Shown: positions 1 through 14,009, counted from the first letter of the whole stretch. The stretch is DNA of 62,815 nt, filler included, from Rhabdomonas costata (GCA_019059605.1; 36 parts of 36 records of this genome joined end to end with filler, not necessarily neighbours in it); one strand, 5' to 3'. The notes: generated by a model from the sequence alone, not told the origin. Numbers and translations: made by a program.

Positions 1-110
1 CCGCCAAGAAATATACACAGAAAAAGGAGTGCACCGGCGGTGTGAGCGTATGGGGGGGGGGAGAGCAACACCAGCATATCCATCCCATAAGCAAGCCGGG
101 ACAGGGAGAC

Positions 111-1285
111 CGTGAGCACCCAGCTGATCAGCATCGCACACGCCAGGGCAGCGACCACCACGACCACCAAGATAATGGTCATGTGGTTGTTGGTGCGACG
201 GATGCCGTCCATGGTCGACGCAGTGTTGGCCTCAATGGGGCCCATGGTGGAGTCGCGGTCAACCAGGAGCACAAGGTTCACGTTCAATCCCATCTGTTCA
301 CACCAAAAAGCTGGGGGCGCGTTTGGCACTGCATGATGATCCATCTGTGTGTGTCAAAAAGTATGAGGAGTTTGCATGAGCTGGAAAAGCAAAAAGCGAT
401 AAGTATTGCTGGCACATCGGCGTGCAGCGTCAAGTCAAGTCCGGTCCGGTCCGGGAATGCCCATGGGGTATGCCATTCAGCGAATAGACTGACGATTCGG
501 GGCCATTTCCGGTGAGGATGCCGACGACTGGTGAGGTCTGAAGGTCGCCTCAAGAGGACAGATAGATGCCGCGGACCGCACCAGTTGTTCAAAAGCGAGG
601 GACAAGCAGGCGCAATGCACCTTCGTCTTGATAGCCGCTGCGCTGAGCCAGTAGTCTTCTCCATTCAGACGCTGCACCACGTCCAGGTCAGGGATCGCGT
701 TCCACGAGGAAAAGGAGGTCAGCAACCACACCCCAGTGGCCTGGATCGTGAGATCGGAGGAGTTCACCGGGGTGTACCTGCAAAACGACATTCCGGAAAA
801 TCCACCACCCTCGCGAAGGGAATCAAACACCCAAACAACAACAACATGCATGACAACAAAACCCCGAAGAGGAATCCTACCTTAATATCCTTGGAACTCC
901 TTGGAAGTGAACTTGATTGATTGACGATGGATGACATTATCACAAAAAGGGAGACTCCTCTCAACATTCTCTTGCAGATTTACATTTAGATGCGCCACCT
1001 CTGAAAAGCGTACACGGGCGGTGGGTTGGTCAGCGGATTATTTGCGCTGTAGTCAACATCGCTGTGCGAGAAGTACTTCCCATGGGAGGCCCCAATCAAT
1101 GTCCCCGCGGGGGTGCGGAAGAACACGAAAAGCCTCTGTTTGGGCCCGTTCAGCAAGCCCTTCAGGAAACTGCTGATGGTGTAGACGTTGGTGTAGAGTC
1201 CGATGTAGTGGGCGGAGCTCATGTCCGTGGAAGGGACTTGGTAGTCCAGGATGATCTGGGGCTGCCCCGTGTTTGAATTGAAGTC
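111..1285 (-). CDS. Partial receptor-type protein: extracellular Cache-like sensor followed by a TM helix (probably a receptor adenylate/guanylate cyclase); exons 1285-999, 777-621, 293-111
   Basis: Three exons join in phase through GT-AG introns: DFNSNTGQPQIILDYQ...RLFVFFRTPAGTLIGASHG...R|YTPVNSSDLTIQATG...NGEDYWLSAAAIKTK|MGLNVNLVLLVDRDSTMGPI...IILVVVVVAALACAMLISWVLT. The Cache/TM call is by resemblance; no cyclase domain is in this contig. Confidence 0.6.
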
Positions 1286-2252
1286 CTGCAGAGTACAAAC
1301 ACAGAGCATCGTGACATTGAACAAATTTCAGCTGAGGGATCACTAAAACGTTGCCAGAAGACTCCCGGGCACTTGCGTCAAGCGGAGTGACAGCCTAAAG
1401 AGGACAGAAGACTCCTGGTGACCGCCCTTAGTTCAGTGCAAAAGAGCAAAGAGCCTTCAACCCGGGTGCCGGAGACCTACCCTCCCCCAGTATGTGCGAC
1501 AGCGAGCCCAGCCCACCTTTGCCTACGTTAGTATACTGCTAATATCCTCGCTAATGTTTTGCACGAAGCCCCGGGACCCCTCGCCAAAATAGTTCGGCTT
1601 AAACCCAACAGATGCACCATGCAACACGAATGGCATATCCACAAAAACANNNNNNNNNNNNNNNNNNNNNNNNNNNNNNNNNNNNNNNNNNNNTTAATTA
1701 ATTAANNNNNNNNNNNNNNNNNNNNNNNNNNNNNNNNNNNNNNNNNNNNCTCTGAACTGAGCCCCCCGCGCTCCCCAGCGGTTTGCAGATTCCGCTAAAC
1801 TACTGGAACTGCATGTCTCCCGGCTGGAAATTGACGCTGGAGATCTGGGAAGTGGAAGCCGTAAGTCTGGGCGTGGGAGTGGTAATCGGTAATCGAATGG
1901 AAGGCATGGCCACGTGGGTGGCAGCAAAGGTTAGCGCGATGGACACAATGACACGGGAACAGAACAGATTGGGAAAAGGAAATTGAAGGGCAAGGGGGAG
2001 AGCAGTGATTGCTCGTTGGGCGGTTTTGTGGAAAAATAGGGAGGATGGGCACGACAGACAGCAGAAAATGGCGTGGTGGTGGGGTGAGCAGTGTGAGGAT
2101 CATGGTGGCAGGCGCGGCTGAGGAGAGAAGAGTGAGATTAGAGTGTTCTCTCACTTCCACTTCCATTGATTCCACTGATGCATTTCGGCAGGGGAATTGG
2201 CTTACTGCGCCTCCCCCCATGAGACATGAAGCGGGTGGACAGCCAAGGGCAC

Positions 2253-2397
2253 CTGGCTCGTCTGCACAGTTAAGGTGTAGATCACGGCGGTGTCCACAGT
2301 CTGGGAGAGGTCGAGCAGGGGTACAATGGCGTACACCATTGGGGAGGTGCTCACGGGGCCTATCGGGAAGGCTGCCCCCAGGATGGGGTTGATATAC
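2253..2397 (-). CDS. Isolated internal exon, unknown protein
   Basis: cag|...|gt bounded, GC3-rich, reads YINPILGAAFPIGPVSTSPMVYAIVPLLDLSQTVDTAVIYTLTVQTSQ. Confidence 0.45.
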
Positions 2398-5257
2398 CTG
2401 TGAGGCGAGGGGTGGTGCTCCATCAACCCAAGCATGAAAACCGGCACTGGAGAGAGCGAAAATAAACATTATGCAGAGCCAACCAGACGTGTTTGCTAGT
2501 TACTTTATTCGTGTGTGTGTGTGTGGTTGAATCGGTGGTAGAACTTTGTCTGGATGTCAATGCCAGTGTGGCTCTTTTGATGTTGCTCAAGGTTGTCAGA
2601 ACGGAACAGGCATGCTTTGATGCTTGATGGGGTGCAACTGTCTCTCCTTTGCTTTTGCTTTACAGGGTTGCTGTGATAAGGTGCAAAGTGTGTACATGTG
2701 TAAAGAACTTGCACCGTGGAAGTGATCTGTGTACGCATGGATGGATGTGTGTGCGCGCGGAGTGAAGAGGGTTCGCAAACCCAAACTGATATGTTACAAT
2801 GTCGCCAGACTCCGCCGCCCAACGGTTGGCCACCGCCACAATGGAGTCTCCAACCAAAGCAACCTGAGAAGCGCGCAACTCTCTTAACCCTCGACAGTCG
2901 ACAGCGCATCGCACGCGAAATCTCCGCTGCAGGCCAAAACGTATTGAACAAAAAACAAACGAAGTATGCAAACACTCGTACAACGTGCAGTTGAGCATGG
3001 AGCAACTCCACCTTTCTTTGACACTAAACGCAGGTCTAGACTTCCAGCGGAGGGACGATGAGACTATACGCCTGCACAATGAACGCCCTCTCCACTCCTC
3101 TGAAGAACGCACCCCAAGGGAGACTGGAACTACACAAAATGAATCAGATGTTACAGCATTCTTAATACCGTGAAAAACTGTGCGAGTTGTTGTACCACCA
3201 ATGAAACATCACAAAGTACTTGATTTTGTATTAGGTTGTTTTCCCAAAACCCTGAGAGTTCGCATCACTCTGCTATCGCGCAGATCACGTCAGCCATCAG
3301 CGCGTGCAACTTTATCCCCCAGCGCAAAAGAAAAAATCCACAAGAAATGCTAAGTTACTCAGATCTCATAAGCGCACTCAAACAGTCACACACCACAANN
3401 NNNNNNNNNNNNNNNNNNNNNNNNNNNNNNNNNNNNNNNNNNTTAATTAATTAANNNNNNNNNNNNNNNNNNNNNNNNNNNNNNNNNNNNNNNNNNNNGG
3501 GTGGGTGACCACTGTGGACTGACTGGCGCACGCGCTGTTGGCCACGGGTGCTCGCGAGAGGTGTCGTTGGAGCGAACGTTGCCGTGGGGAACCGAAACCG
3601 GATCGCCGCATGCGTGTGTGTGTGTGTGGGGGGGGAGGTGGCCGCACCGCTTACCTCCCCCGCCCCTCAAACTTCATTTTTATAAACGCAGGCAAGCTCG
3701 GCAGGGGCTGCACGAGACCGATTGTCTCTTTCCCCGGGGCCACGCATCGCTCCGCGACAAAAATCAGAGAGCGACCATCGATCCGTAACTCCATTCCCTC
3801 CATAGTTGCCAAGTAACCATGACTTCTCCCTGTTCCCAGAGCCCCAGAACCCATCTTTAAAAGGGACCCCTTAGCACACACGTAGCCGAATGGCAACTCT
3901 CGCATTGTTCCTCCCCACAAGAGGAGAGCCAACAACCCACCATTCCACCGGGAACTTATTACATAATTTTGGGGGTTCTCTCACTGATCTCTCCGGGGAA
4001 GAGACCTCTTCCGCCAGTACAGAGCCAGTACGGCCCACCTCTTCTGCCCCTCGCTGATATGCAGCTGCAAAAAGGCCCTCAGCTGAACCGGCCGCACAGA
4101 CCCGTAGAGCCTGAGGACGGACAAATACCTGAACCTTGTCAGTAGCGAGAAGCTTGAACGTCTGCAGAACCAATCACCGTGAACACCCGCTTGATCGCCA
4201 CCCTTAAAGTGGCAACAATGTACAGCTCTGACTCACCAGCCAGTGACCTCCTGCCCACTCCAAGTTTCCAGTCAAGCACCCCAAAGGTATTCCTGTACAA
4301 CCGTTTGCATTCCAACACCATTGCTCAGCAGGGCCCTCGAAGCACCTACCGTCGGGTGCTATCACATTGTGTACATCCGTGCGCAAAGAAAGGGTTTCAT
4401 AAGAGGACGCAAACTAACAGACACAACTGTCCCTAAGTCAAAGAATATAACCCGGGTGACACACGGGACCAAACGCCTCAGTCTGTCCCAGAACCGATGG
4501 CCCTCGGAGTTTGGGAAGAGTCCTGGGATGGGGTTAACGTGATTGGTGGGTGCTGGGTAGGTGGGTGTGTAGGGATGCCTGCAGTCCCGGTAGTTTTCGG
4601 CCCTCATGGACTTCCGCTGGCCCCCTTCGGACTGCTCCCACCGCTCGTAGGCCTTGCAGGGGAAAAACACTATGGCTGGAAAGTCAATCAAACCGATTGA
4701 TTGATTTCAATAAAAACAAAAGATAGGTACAACAAAAAAGAAGGCCCAACAGAAAACTATTTCGCTGGGTATCATTCAAATTATGTGTTCCACTTAGATG
4801 GCGGCGTTCCTATGCGATCTTGACTACAGCGATGAGCACGTCGGAGACCCGATGTGATGAAAGGATGTGCACCGACCATGTGGAAGCACCCAGGTTACTT
4901 CTGACCCATGAAAACAATTTTCCAAGGGCGTACCCTCAAAAACGTCAGGACCCAAGACGGTTTAGCAAAAAAAAAACTTCACAGGGCAAAAGCAGCAAGC
5001 TGAAAAGGTCCGGGAAGGACGACAACCAGGCCGTCCCCGACCCTCCACAACCATGGCCGATCTAACAAAAACAAAGCGGCGGGGTGTCCACCTCTTCCAG
5101 CTCGGAGTTACGGGCGGACAGCCACCGACGGAACCACCCCCACCCCACNNNNNNNNNNNNNNNNNNNNNNNNNNNNNNNNNNNNNNNNNNNNTTAATTAA
5201 TTAANNNNNNNNNNNNNNNNNNNNNNNNNNNNNNNNNNNNNNNNNNNNGTGGTGTGT

Positions 5258-5389
5258 GGGGCAGCGGTTCCCATTTTTCGTCAAGACTTTAAGCATGCAT
5301 TTCGCCGCAGAGATGGGGGGTCCAATCGACTTGGAAATTCCTCGAATCACATGCTTAAAGTCTTGACGAAAAATGGGAACCGCTGCCCC
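5258..5389. repeat. Perfect 40-bp inverted repeat with 52-nt spacer (MITE-like, nonconventional-intron-like, or fold-back artefact)
   Basis: 5258-5297 GGGGCAGCGGTTCCCATTTTTCGTCAAGACTTTAAGCATG is the exact reverse complement of 5350-5389. Confidence 0.9.
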
Positions 5390-7774
5390 TGCAACACGGC
5401 ACAAACACACACCCACGCAGCAGTCCCATGCTGTGCACGGGGTGACGCACAACTCAGCACTGGTGTTCCGAGTCATCCTCGGGCCGCACTGGTGGCCAAG
5501 GCCAAACCACGCACTGCAGGTTGTGCTTTCTGTGGGTGCGGCAAAACGAAGCCCATAAGGAGACCGAGCATTTTGGCGCGGATGTCCACAGCTCAGCTCA
5601 GCCAAGAAATGGTGGGAAAGGGAAGCCATTGCGAGACAGGCTTCGTAGCCGCACAAAAGAGCAGCGGGGACAGCCCAGACTGGCAGAAAAACTGCAGCTT
5701 CGTGGTAGTGTCGTCTTTCATTTCATGATTTCCGTCATATTACCACGAGTTGCTGAAGGACCCTGACGTTCAAATACTGACAGAAGTCGTGAACCAACCG
5801 AGCCAGTCCTTTTTTGTTTCCTAAGTCGCATAAGCTTTCCCGTAAATCAGACTTTTTAGCGCGCAGGATTGGTGTCATCACCCAGCATGCCTCTGGACGG
5901 TTGGGGCTCGGAAATACACACACCGCAGCAAGTGAGCTCCGTGCACGCGCCGGAATAGCAGGGCGGTGCGGAGGCACTGGGATAAGAGCCTGGGGGGCAG
6001 CCGTTGCCAAGTTGAAACCAACCGGTGCAGTTCGTGATTCCTGTCAGACAAAAGAAGGGCACGCCGTTGATGACATGACGGCGAGTGGGATGTCGGACAT
6101 ACAATGCTCCAGTGATCCGAAATCTAGAAAAAAAAACGGGGAGTACCAAACATATTCAGTTCGTACAACCCACTATCTACCATCGGCAACCAAGGTGACC
6201 GCGAGCTCAGGCAGCTCCACCGCAGTTATCGCCGGTGACGTCCGATTAGCCTCTGGGCTGCTTTGGCCGCAAGTCAAATGGAGCCTGGTCCGGAACCTTT
6301 CCTCCCTCGTCACTAGTCACTGACCTCAGCTGGTGCCCGAGCTTGGTTTCACAGCGAAATGTACATCGAGCCTCTGGAGAACGCACGAAGGCCGTCGGTA
6401 GGCACTTTCGAGTGGCTCGCACTTTGGAGGCTGGTGCCTTGGCAACTTGGTGAGACCCGGGCCAGTGCCGGTTGTTTGGGAGGCTCCCAAACAACCGGCC
6501 CGAGACCCTAGTCTCATCCCCATGGTGGAATTCAACCGGTCACATGAGCATACATTCACGAAGCGTCTGAAAAACGCCCTCGTCCTGGACCCTGACCTAA
6601 GCGGTGACTCGCCGAAGCCGATGCCCATCGCTGGGCGCTGCGAATGGTTTGAAAAAGTCTTTCACAGATTTTCCGCGTCTGCGGTTTCCAACCCAACTGT
6701 GCTAGTGGCGGGTGTTCAGCAGCAGAGAGCTAAAAAATACCAAGCACGGAAGCGTACCGCGCGAGCAGGAAAGAGATAAACAAAAAGAAAAAAAATGATC
6801 TACAGAGGAACAAGACAAAGTGAACCCGAGCCAGGTAGGCGAGCAAATCACAATTTCATGCCCAAAATGACAAAAACCCCCAACCACACCCACCACANNN
6901 NNNNNNNNNNNNNNNNNNNNNNNNNNNNNNNNNNNNNNNNNTTAATTAATTAANNNNNNNNNNNNNNNNNNNNNNNNNNNNNNNNNNNNNNNNNNNNTGT
7001 GGGGTGTGTTGGGGGGTGGTGGGGGAAGGGAAGTCGCATCCAGAGGACAGTGGGGGGCGTGGCTGCAAGCTGCCCAGCCCGATATCTTCCTCCTCAGGGC
7101 TCCCAGGGGAACGGCAGCTGGTATCCTGGCAGGCATTCGGGACAAGAGCAAACACGTCTGCAGTGGTCCATTAAGATGTCTCTCAAGGAGCTTAGGTTCT
7201 ATGTTGCCAGAAGCCATCTTATCTCCCGGGCGCGGAAGTCAGATGTTCGCGCCAGTCTCTGATGCAGAGCGAATCCAAGGCTACCCTATTTTCACAAACT
7301 CAAAAGATTTTAGTCTTGTCCTGTGTGACAGCTCAATACTGCAAAAACAGTTCCGCAGAGTTGTGACACTGGGTCGTTATACACAACACCGTAGATAATT
7401 GGATGACTGTAGATGCCTTCGCTTCCTGCAAACGCTTTGAAACGTCCGCTGTGCTGTGGCCACACATTTCTCACAAGCTTTCCTACTGGGGATTTGCCTC
7501 TCACACAGGCACCAATACCCACAGTTTTTGCACAAGCCTTTTTCATGGGAATTCCCTTCCACTTCGAGTTCGAGAGGGCAGGCTCCACCAACCACCTGGC
7601 CAAAAAGGAAGCAACCACATCCACCGACAGATTGCCAACCATATCCAAGATCCTCTAAATCACAAGTGAAGCGCCTCTCTTTTTTCCTTTCTCTGCTGGC
7701 TTGTCAAGACCCTTCATTCACAGTTGCTTGTCAGCCTCATTTCAAACCTCAAAACCACACTTGAACAAACCAAC

Positions 7775-8646
7775 CCGCGCCATTGCACAGTTCCATGCGG
7801 GGAACAGGCACACACTTCACTCGAGGGGGAGGAGGGGCGCCACATCACCAGAAGGGTCGGGTCATCCACGGCCACGCCCATCCGGAGACTCACCCCCGCC
7901 CCGCTGCCCCCGCGCAACTCCACAGTAGAGCAGCTAAATGGAGCGAGCGGTGGGGAGAGTCCCGAAGAGCCGACATAGACATGACAAACCGCCTGCCACG
8001 GCGCTGCCATGGGTGATTGAAGGCATCAAGGATTCTATCCGGATGCTATCGAGTATTCATGCACTTCGAAATCAAAAACGGCAGCTTACCTTTCTATTGG
8101 CGCTCTTCCACAGGTTTACCCGTTTCTGTGGATACTGCCGGGACTGAAGCTTTTCTTTGCGTTCCAACCTAAATCGGTGTCCAGTGTGGATGTTTGCTTG
8201 GCCCTGGAACTTGGCTGACGGAACCAGATTGCAGAGCCGTTCTACTCTTGGGACTCTCGCCCAACCGCATGGCTCCTCCAACGCAGGACAACTCCTGCCC
8301 CACTCCCACCGCAGCCACGGCCCACCACAGCACCGTCGCTGATCCCCAGTGCCGGTCCCCCACGGGGAGCTGCTCCAGCAAGCTGACCCCAAGCCCTTCC
8401 GGGCTGTCTGCAGTCACCGGGATCCGGTCCACACAACCCCAGTCCACGTACGACAGAGCCAACGCGGAGCTGAAGGAGGACGTGGTGGGGCAACTTGGGG
8501 GTGCGGGGGACGTGATCAATGCAGAGCTCAACGGCACGTCGGAGCTCGTGATGGCACGGCAGGTGAGTGTCAACGGCACGACTCGGGCCCAGCTGCTGAC
8601 GAAGCCGAAGTTCAACTGCAGCGGTGGGCCATGCCCAACGCTAGCA
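7775..8646 (-). CDS. Two exons (8646-8266, 7933-7775) of an unknown Ser/Val/Cys-rich, probably surface, protein
   Basis: GC3-rich frame; GT-AG intron 8265-7934 joins in phase (GAM-R|CSTVELRGG...). Confidence 0.5.
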
Positions 8647-11229
8647 NNNNNNNNNNNNNNNNNNNNNNNNNNNNNNNNNNNNNNNNNNNNTTAATTAATT
8701 AANNNNNNNNNNNNNNNNNNNNNNNNNNNNNNNNNNNNNNNNNNNNGTGGTGTGGGTGCATGCATTTGGTGCTAGAAACAGTCAGACTAGTTTCATGCAT
8801 CATGCATTTGTGTGCGTATGTGCCCTTGTGCTATCAGAGCTCTCGTGAAGGTACGCACAACTTGGCATTTTGCCAGTGGTGCTAAGCTGTTACCTCGTTC
8901 AACCGACATAGAACTCATTGACGTTTGGACCTTTCTGGGCCGGAATAGCATTCAGCTGAGAAAGCAGACGGGATCTTGCGCTCCGGAATTTTGCAGGAGT
9001 TTTTCCTCTTTGACTTAGGGACAGTTGAGTCCGTCTGTTCGTGTTTGGGTATGATTGTGCGATGGAACTATGGGCTGGATGGTAGCAACGGAGTTCGACT
9101 TTGATCAGAAAGGTCACAACCTACTAGCAAGACACTAAGCGATCCGCGGAGCCATATACCGCAGTGAACACATTAATTGGCAAACTTTTTTTTGGGCCCT
9201 TATTATGCACGCCTTTATGCACTGTTTCACCTTGCTGCTGAAGGCAGTGAAAAATCTTCGTTTGAAAGATGCATTACTGCGTTTCGGGGACACAATGTGA
9301 TCACAGCAATTTTGATTGAACCTCATTTTTGCTCTTTTTGGTGCGTGAGAAGCCTCTTCCTTTTCTTACCGTAGCTTTCCCTCGCTTTGGCTTGTATACG
9401 GAACACCACGTCTTCAACGTCCATCGTTTCTGATCCATCTCAACAAGGTCGCAGCATCCTGAAAGGGGAAGGCCCCAGAAAATCGCATTGCTCGATGCTG
9501 TAGCGGAATCCACAACACCCAGATAACTGGAAAAAACGCTCGAAATGGTGTCTCAAGACAGTGCACGGCGCTGCGACATTCAACACCACATGTACCATCA
9601 TGTAGACCATGTAGCATCCCATGTACAGTCGAAACAGAAAGCCAGCGTTCAAAGCTCCTCATTAGGAAGCTCAGGCGAGACGGAGCTGGCGGAAAGCGAG
9701 GGGATGGGTTCGTCAAGCTGGTGGCAGCCCAGCGTCCGGCTTGCCGTGGGCCGCTCGGGATCGAAGGGCTGCAGCGGGGTTTCCCTGTCCGAGCCTCCGC
9801 CCAGCGCTGGGCCGTAGATCCGGAAGCCCTCCAGACACACCTTTAACGGTGATGAGAGAAGAGAACAGTGGACACGTGACAAGGTGGCAGGGCAGACTCA
9901 GTGCGTTTCTTGTGGCTGGTGTGGAACTGATTGAAGAAGGGTACTGGCCTGTTGTGTGGCGAGCTAGCCCGAACACAAATCTGACACCAGTGCTCTACGG
10001 CCCTGTGAAGCGCGCAACTGTGGTCAGTGGCAGCTTTTCTTCTCCACCACATTCGCCTTCCCCCGTGTTTCTCCTTTCCGTCGTTGGCGGCTGGGGATCT
10101 TGAAAGCTAAAAAGAATTGCTGTGCAGGTCATTCCCCATTCACACGGGCGAGACTGAGATGTGCTCACAGTGCGAAATCAAGATCAAAATCAGCTTCATT
10201 TCTTACCCACCTTGAGCTGGCTGCCGCTTCCCTTCCCTTCCACTCGTGAGAAAGAAACAAAACAAGAAAGACTCGTCAACGGACTCATCGAAAAAATGAT
10301 TACACTCAGTAACCCAACACACCCTAACAAAGGGCGGTCCCAGCAGGGCCACCCTGACATGGGCCACATCCATCGGGCTGACTGCCACCACACAANNNNN
10401 NNNNNNNNNNNNNNNNNNNNNNNNNNNNNNNNNNNNNNNTTAATTAATTAANNNNNNNNNNNNNNNNNNNNNNNNNNNNNNNNNNNNNNNNNNNNTGTGT
10501 GTGGGACAACTCGCGCTCCGATTGCACAAAAAAATCAGGCGAGAAGCACGCTGTACAGAAAACAAGGAAAAGAGCCCTTCTAATTCTCAGGTAGGAAGGA
10601 CAAGCACGTACAAGCACCCACCCACATCAACAAAACAAGGACGCTTGGGTGCATCCCGCATTCGGGGGATCACAAAGGAAAGCAACTCAACACTGTACAA
10701 GGATTGACAAGGAGGAGAGCACATCGGTTGATTCCTGCGGTGTCCGAGTGTGTCCCTCCTCTGGAGTCTTTTCCCGACGCGCACGCAGATGACGATTCTG
10801 ATGTATAGAGGTAACCGCACTGCTCTACGCAGTATGCAAACCCACCCGTTTTTCTGAGATTTCATCCGATTAAAAAATCACAAAGATCAGGCGGCACTTT
10901 CTTCAAGCTTGTCAACAATGCTCTTTGCTCGTAAGCCAGCTGAGCTCTCATGCGAATAAATACTGACACCTATAGCCCAGTGGGCCGTCCATCTCCTAAG
11001 CTTCATTTCAACGGCTAAAAACCTTTAAAAAAAAAGACAATTTTGAACTACTTCTGGCAAGAAGACAGAGGGGTGCGGATTCAACTCAATGGCTGCAGAA
11101 CGGCAACCACGCCGTACTCTTTCCAACTCCACCCATTTGCTGAACTTTCTAACTCGAACACCGCCAGCAATGAGTGTCAGGGTGCATGTGTGGAAATTCC
11201 GTAACAGACAGTGGTCAGTGGGGGAGGCT

Positions 11230-12143
11230 TCATTCCGGCCACTCCTCTCGAAGAAAGCGAAGCCCCGGGCGCTCAAAAGGGTCCCCATCCATTGGGGGGC
11301 TGAAAGGGGCCAGCCGCAGCGGGGGTTGCTGCTGTGATGGGCGGGCTGTCGCGCCGTTGCCGCCCCGAGGGGTGGCGTGCTGTGAGTGGTGGTAGTGCTG
11401 CAGCAGGGCCGCAGCCACAGAGTTGCACTGCGCCGCACACGTCGTCACCACGGGCTACGCAGAGATAAGGATCGAGATCGCAGTCACCGGGAAGCGCACC
11501 GGGAAGTAGGGGGGGGTATAATATAGGAATCTGTAGAAACGCGGGAACGAAGCCCGGATAATTGGGTTGAAATAAGTCCAAGAAGATTGCAATATATGAA
11601 AGAAGAAAAACCGGAGGGTGCGTTGCTCACACATTTTACCTTAGGCTGCATAGTCTAGCTAAAAACATCAGAAAGGTCATCCCACAGTGACCGGACGCGA
11701 GGGCACATATGTGGAAACGGAACCACCAGGGCTACGTATTTTTCTATATTTCGCCCCTAACCCCCGCCTTCCTCCCTCCTTCCGACCCACACACCGAACT
11801 GAGACCCTCACTGGCAACAGCAGTGCCGAAGAAAGGCCGCCGCAAACCGCAGGCCGTACTAACAACGAAACGGCATTGCCACAGATCCACAAGCCACGCT
11901 GCAGTCCGAGATACCTTACGATCCAACGAACAGTGCCCTGCAATTCGAGTGCCCCTATGCCATTCTGGATCCCTCACCGACGCTCACTCAAAGCACCACT
12001 CACAGTGAACAATCCATCCACCTTCCCAACCGAAATCCCTTTAATTTTGTACCAACTGCACACCTCTGCCGCTGCCTCGGCAGCCTTGCCCACCCCCACC
12101 TCCTCCTCCGCCCACGCCGAGCCCTCCCCAACCGCCCAACACA
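11230..12143 (-). CDS. Last two exons of an unknown protein (12143-12064; terminal exon 11454-11230)
   Basis: gag|gt donor and tag| acceptor, both phase 0; terminal exon PVVTTCAAQCNSVAAALLQHY...LRFLREEWPE*. Confidence 0.45.
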
Positions 12144-13300
12144 NNNNNNNNNNNNNNNNNNNNNNNNNNNNNNNNNNNNNNNNNNNNTTAATTAATTAAN
12201 NNNNNNNNNNNNNNNNNNNNNNNNNNNNNNNNNNNNNNNNNNNGGAGCGTAAATGGAAAGTCTTTGAGATACAGGCACTCCCAGCGGCAGAGTCGTTTCG
12301 TATAACCTGCCCTTCACGCCGGTAAAAATCAGTAGGGAAAGCGGCAGTCTTGGCAACGCTTGGTGAGTAACTTTCATCGCTTTGGCTCTTGAGCTCTTGT
12401 ATCACTTTGAGCATAGAATCCGTGCCTGTACCCTTGCGTGTTCATCTCCCCTCCCCCTGTGTTCCTGGACTGTAGAACAGCGTGCTGTATGCTTGTGCAC
12501 AGCGTGCCCTGACCTATACGTGCGTGGCGTTCTTTGAGGTTTTCCATGTCAAGCAGATCGGAGATGATGGGAATTTCCTCTTCGGGGACACGCAGAAGAG
12601 ATTAGTTGACGAACAATTTTTGCAAGGAAATAAGATGTATTTCCGAAACTCCCGTTCTAAATCTTCCCCTATATCGCTGTCTAACGGCGTTATTCGCCCG
12701 TTTTCCGTATCAAACTGCTAAACTGTTCTTATACCCTTATACCCTTTTCTGTGAGTCGCCGATGCCGGGAAATGCAGAATATTTTCTGCTGGATGCTTTG
12801 CGTGCTCTTTCATTGTATGTGTCTCTGCATGCAATGTTTAATTTTAGTCCCTTGGGCTGGTCTTTGTGCCTGTGGGCTGTGTGTGAATAAGCTCTTCAAA
12901 GTAGGAGGCAGATGGGACTAAGGTTATTTTGAAATACGCCCGGGATTTTTTTTTTGCTTTTATATTTGTGGGGAGACAGCGGGGAGGGTTAGTGCCCGGA
13001 TTCAAGTGGATCCATTTATTATGCTTGGGTGCCTGCATTCTTCCCGGAGTTCACAACTCTGGTGTTGTCGGGAGAAAGGATTTCGCCTCCTTTTCATTAT
13101 CTACGCCATCTGCCAAGAGGCACGATTTCACTTCATCGCAATTGCGTCAGGAAAAGGCTTCTCAGTGGAGTCATCCATTACTTACCTCTCAAAGATGAAA
13201 TGGGATTTTATTGTTTCGAAGGTGGCCTTCCTTGATTCATTTTTTTGATGATTTTCGTTACTTTCTTCGACAAAAATCCGGGGCTCTCGAATTATAAGGT

Positions 13301-13541
13301 AAATATATTTGGCGTGCCTGGAGATTACCGGCCAAGGGAATATAAAGATTAAGGGATGGGATGGTTTGGGGCTGGGCACCACGAGGGCCAGCGAGCTGGG
13401 GTCGCCCGAAGAGCGGGAGGGCCATATTAAACCTTTGGAGTGTCTTTCTTATGGAGCGGCATGCACACCTACTACATCTACTACATCACTAATTTGTGGG
13501 AAAGTGGCTTGGTCGGGAATCTCCAGATATGCCATATATTT
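13301..13541. repeat. Degenerate inverted-repeat element (old MITE-like)
   Basis: 13301-13336 AAATATATTTGGCGTGCCTGGAGATTACCGGCCAAG pairs imperfectly with 13508-13541 CTTGGTCGGGAATCTCCAGATATGCCATATATTT. Confidence 0.5.
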
Positions 13542-14009
13542 GAATGGCATAACTCCAAATGACGGGCCATAAGAAAGAACACGAAAAGCCGCAAGTGTTA
13601 CTGAAGTATCCGTCCCGAATACAGCACAGGAGTGAAATGAACGGATCAGCATCATCGAGGAGATTCCTCCTCCGCCACTGGAATTCCTTCACATTAGCCT
13701 CTAGGTGGTTACCATGCACTCATGGTCAGAATGAGCAGCCTCCCAGTTCATGACGCACACCCTAAATCTCTGAGACCAGGTGGCCACCGTGGTATGGCTT
13801 ATACCGAGCATGTGGACACTCCGGTTACCGGCACAGTCCGGGGTGTGTATGGAGGTTGTATAGCCCTGTGTGGCCGTCACTCACCCCCACCCNNNNNNNN
13901 NNNNNNNNNNNNNNNNNNNNNNNNNNNNNNNNNNNNTTAATTAATTAANNNNNNNNNNNNNNNNNNNNNNNNNNNNNNNNNNNNNNNNNNNNGTTGGGGA
14001 GGAGACTAC

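Noticed and set aside
3800-4700. Possible decayed retroelement C-terminus on the minus strand
   Set aside because: Coding-like fragments in several frames but no diagnostic motif I can defend.
7000-7670. Possible non-LTR retrotransposon zf-RVT remnant (LFHGNSLPLRVR)
   Set aside because: One short motif only; the CCHC knuckle is not evident.
12476-12600. Exon apparently ending without GT (candidate nonconventional intron)
   Set aside because: Protein is unrecognised, so the boundary cannot be fixed; in-frame GT donors exist nearby.
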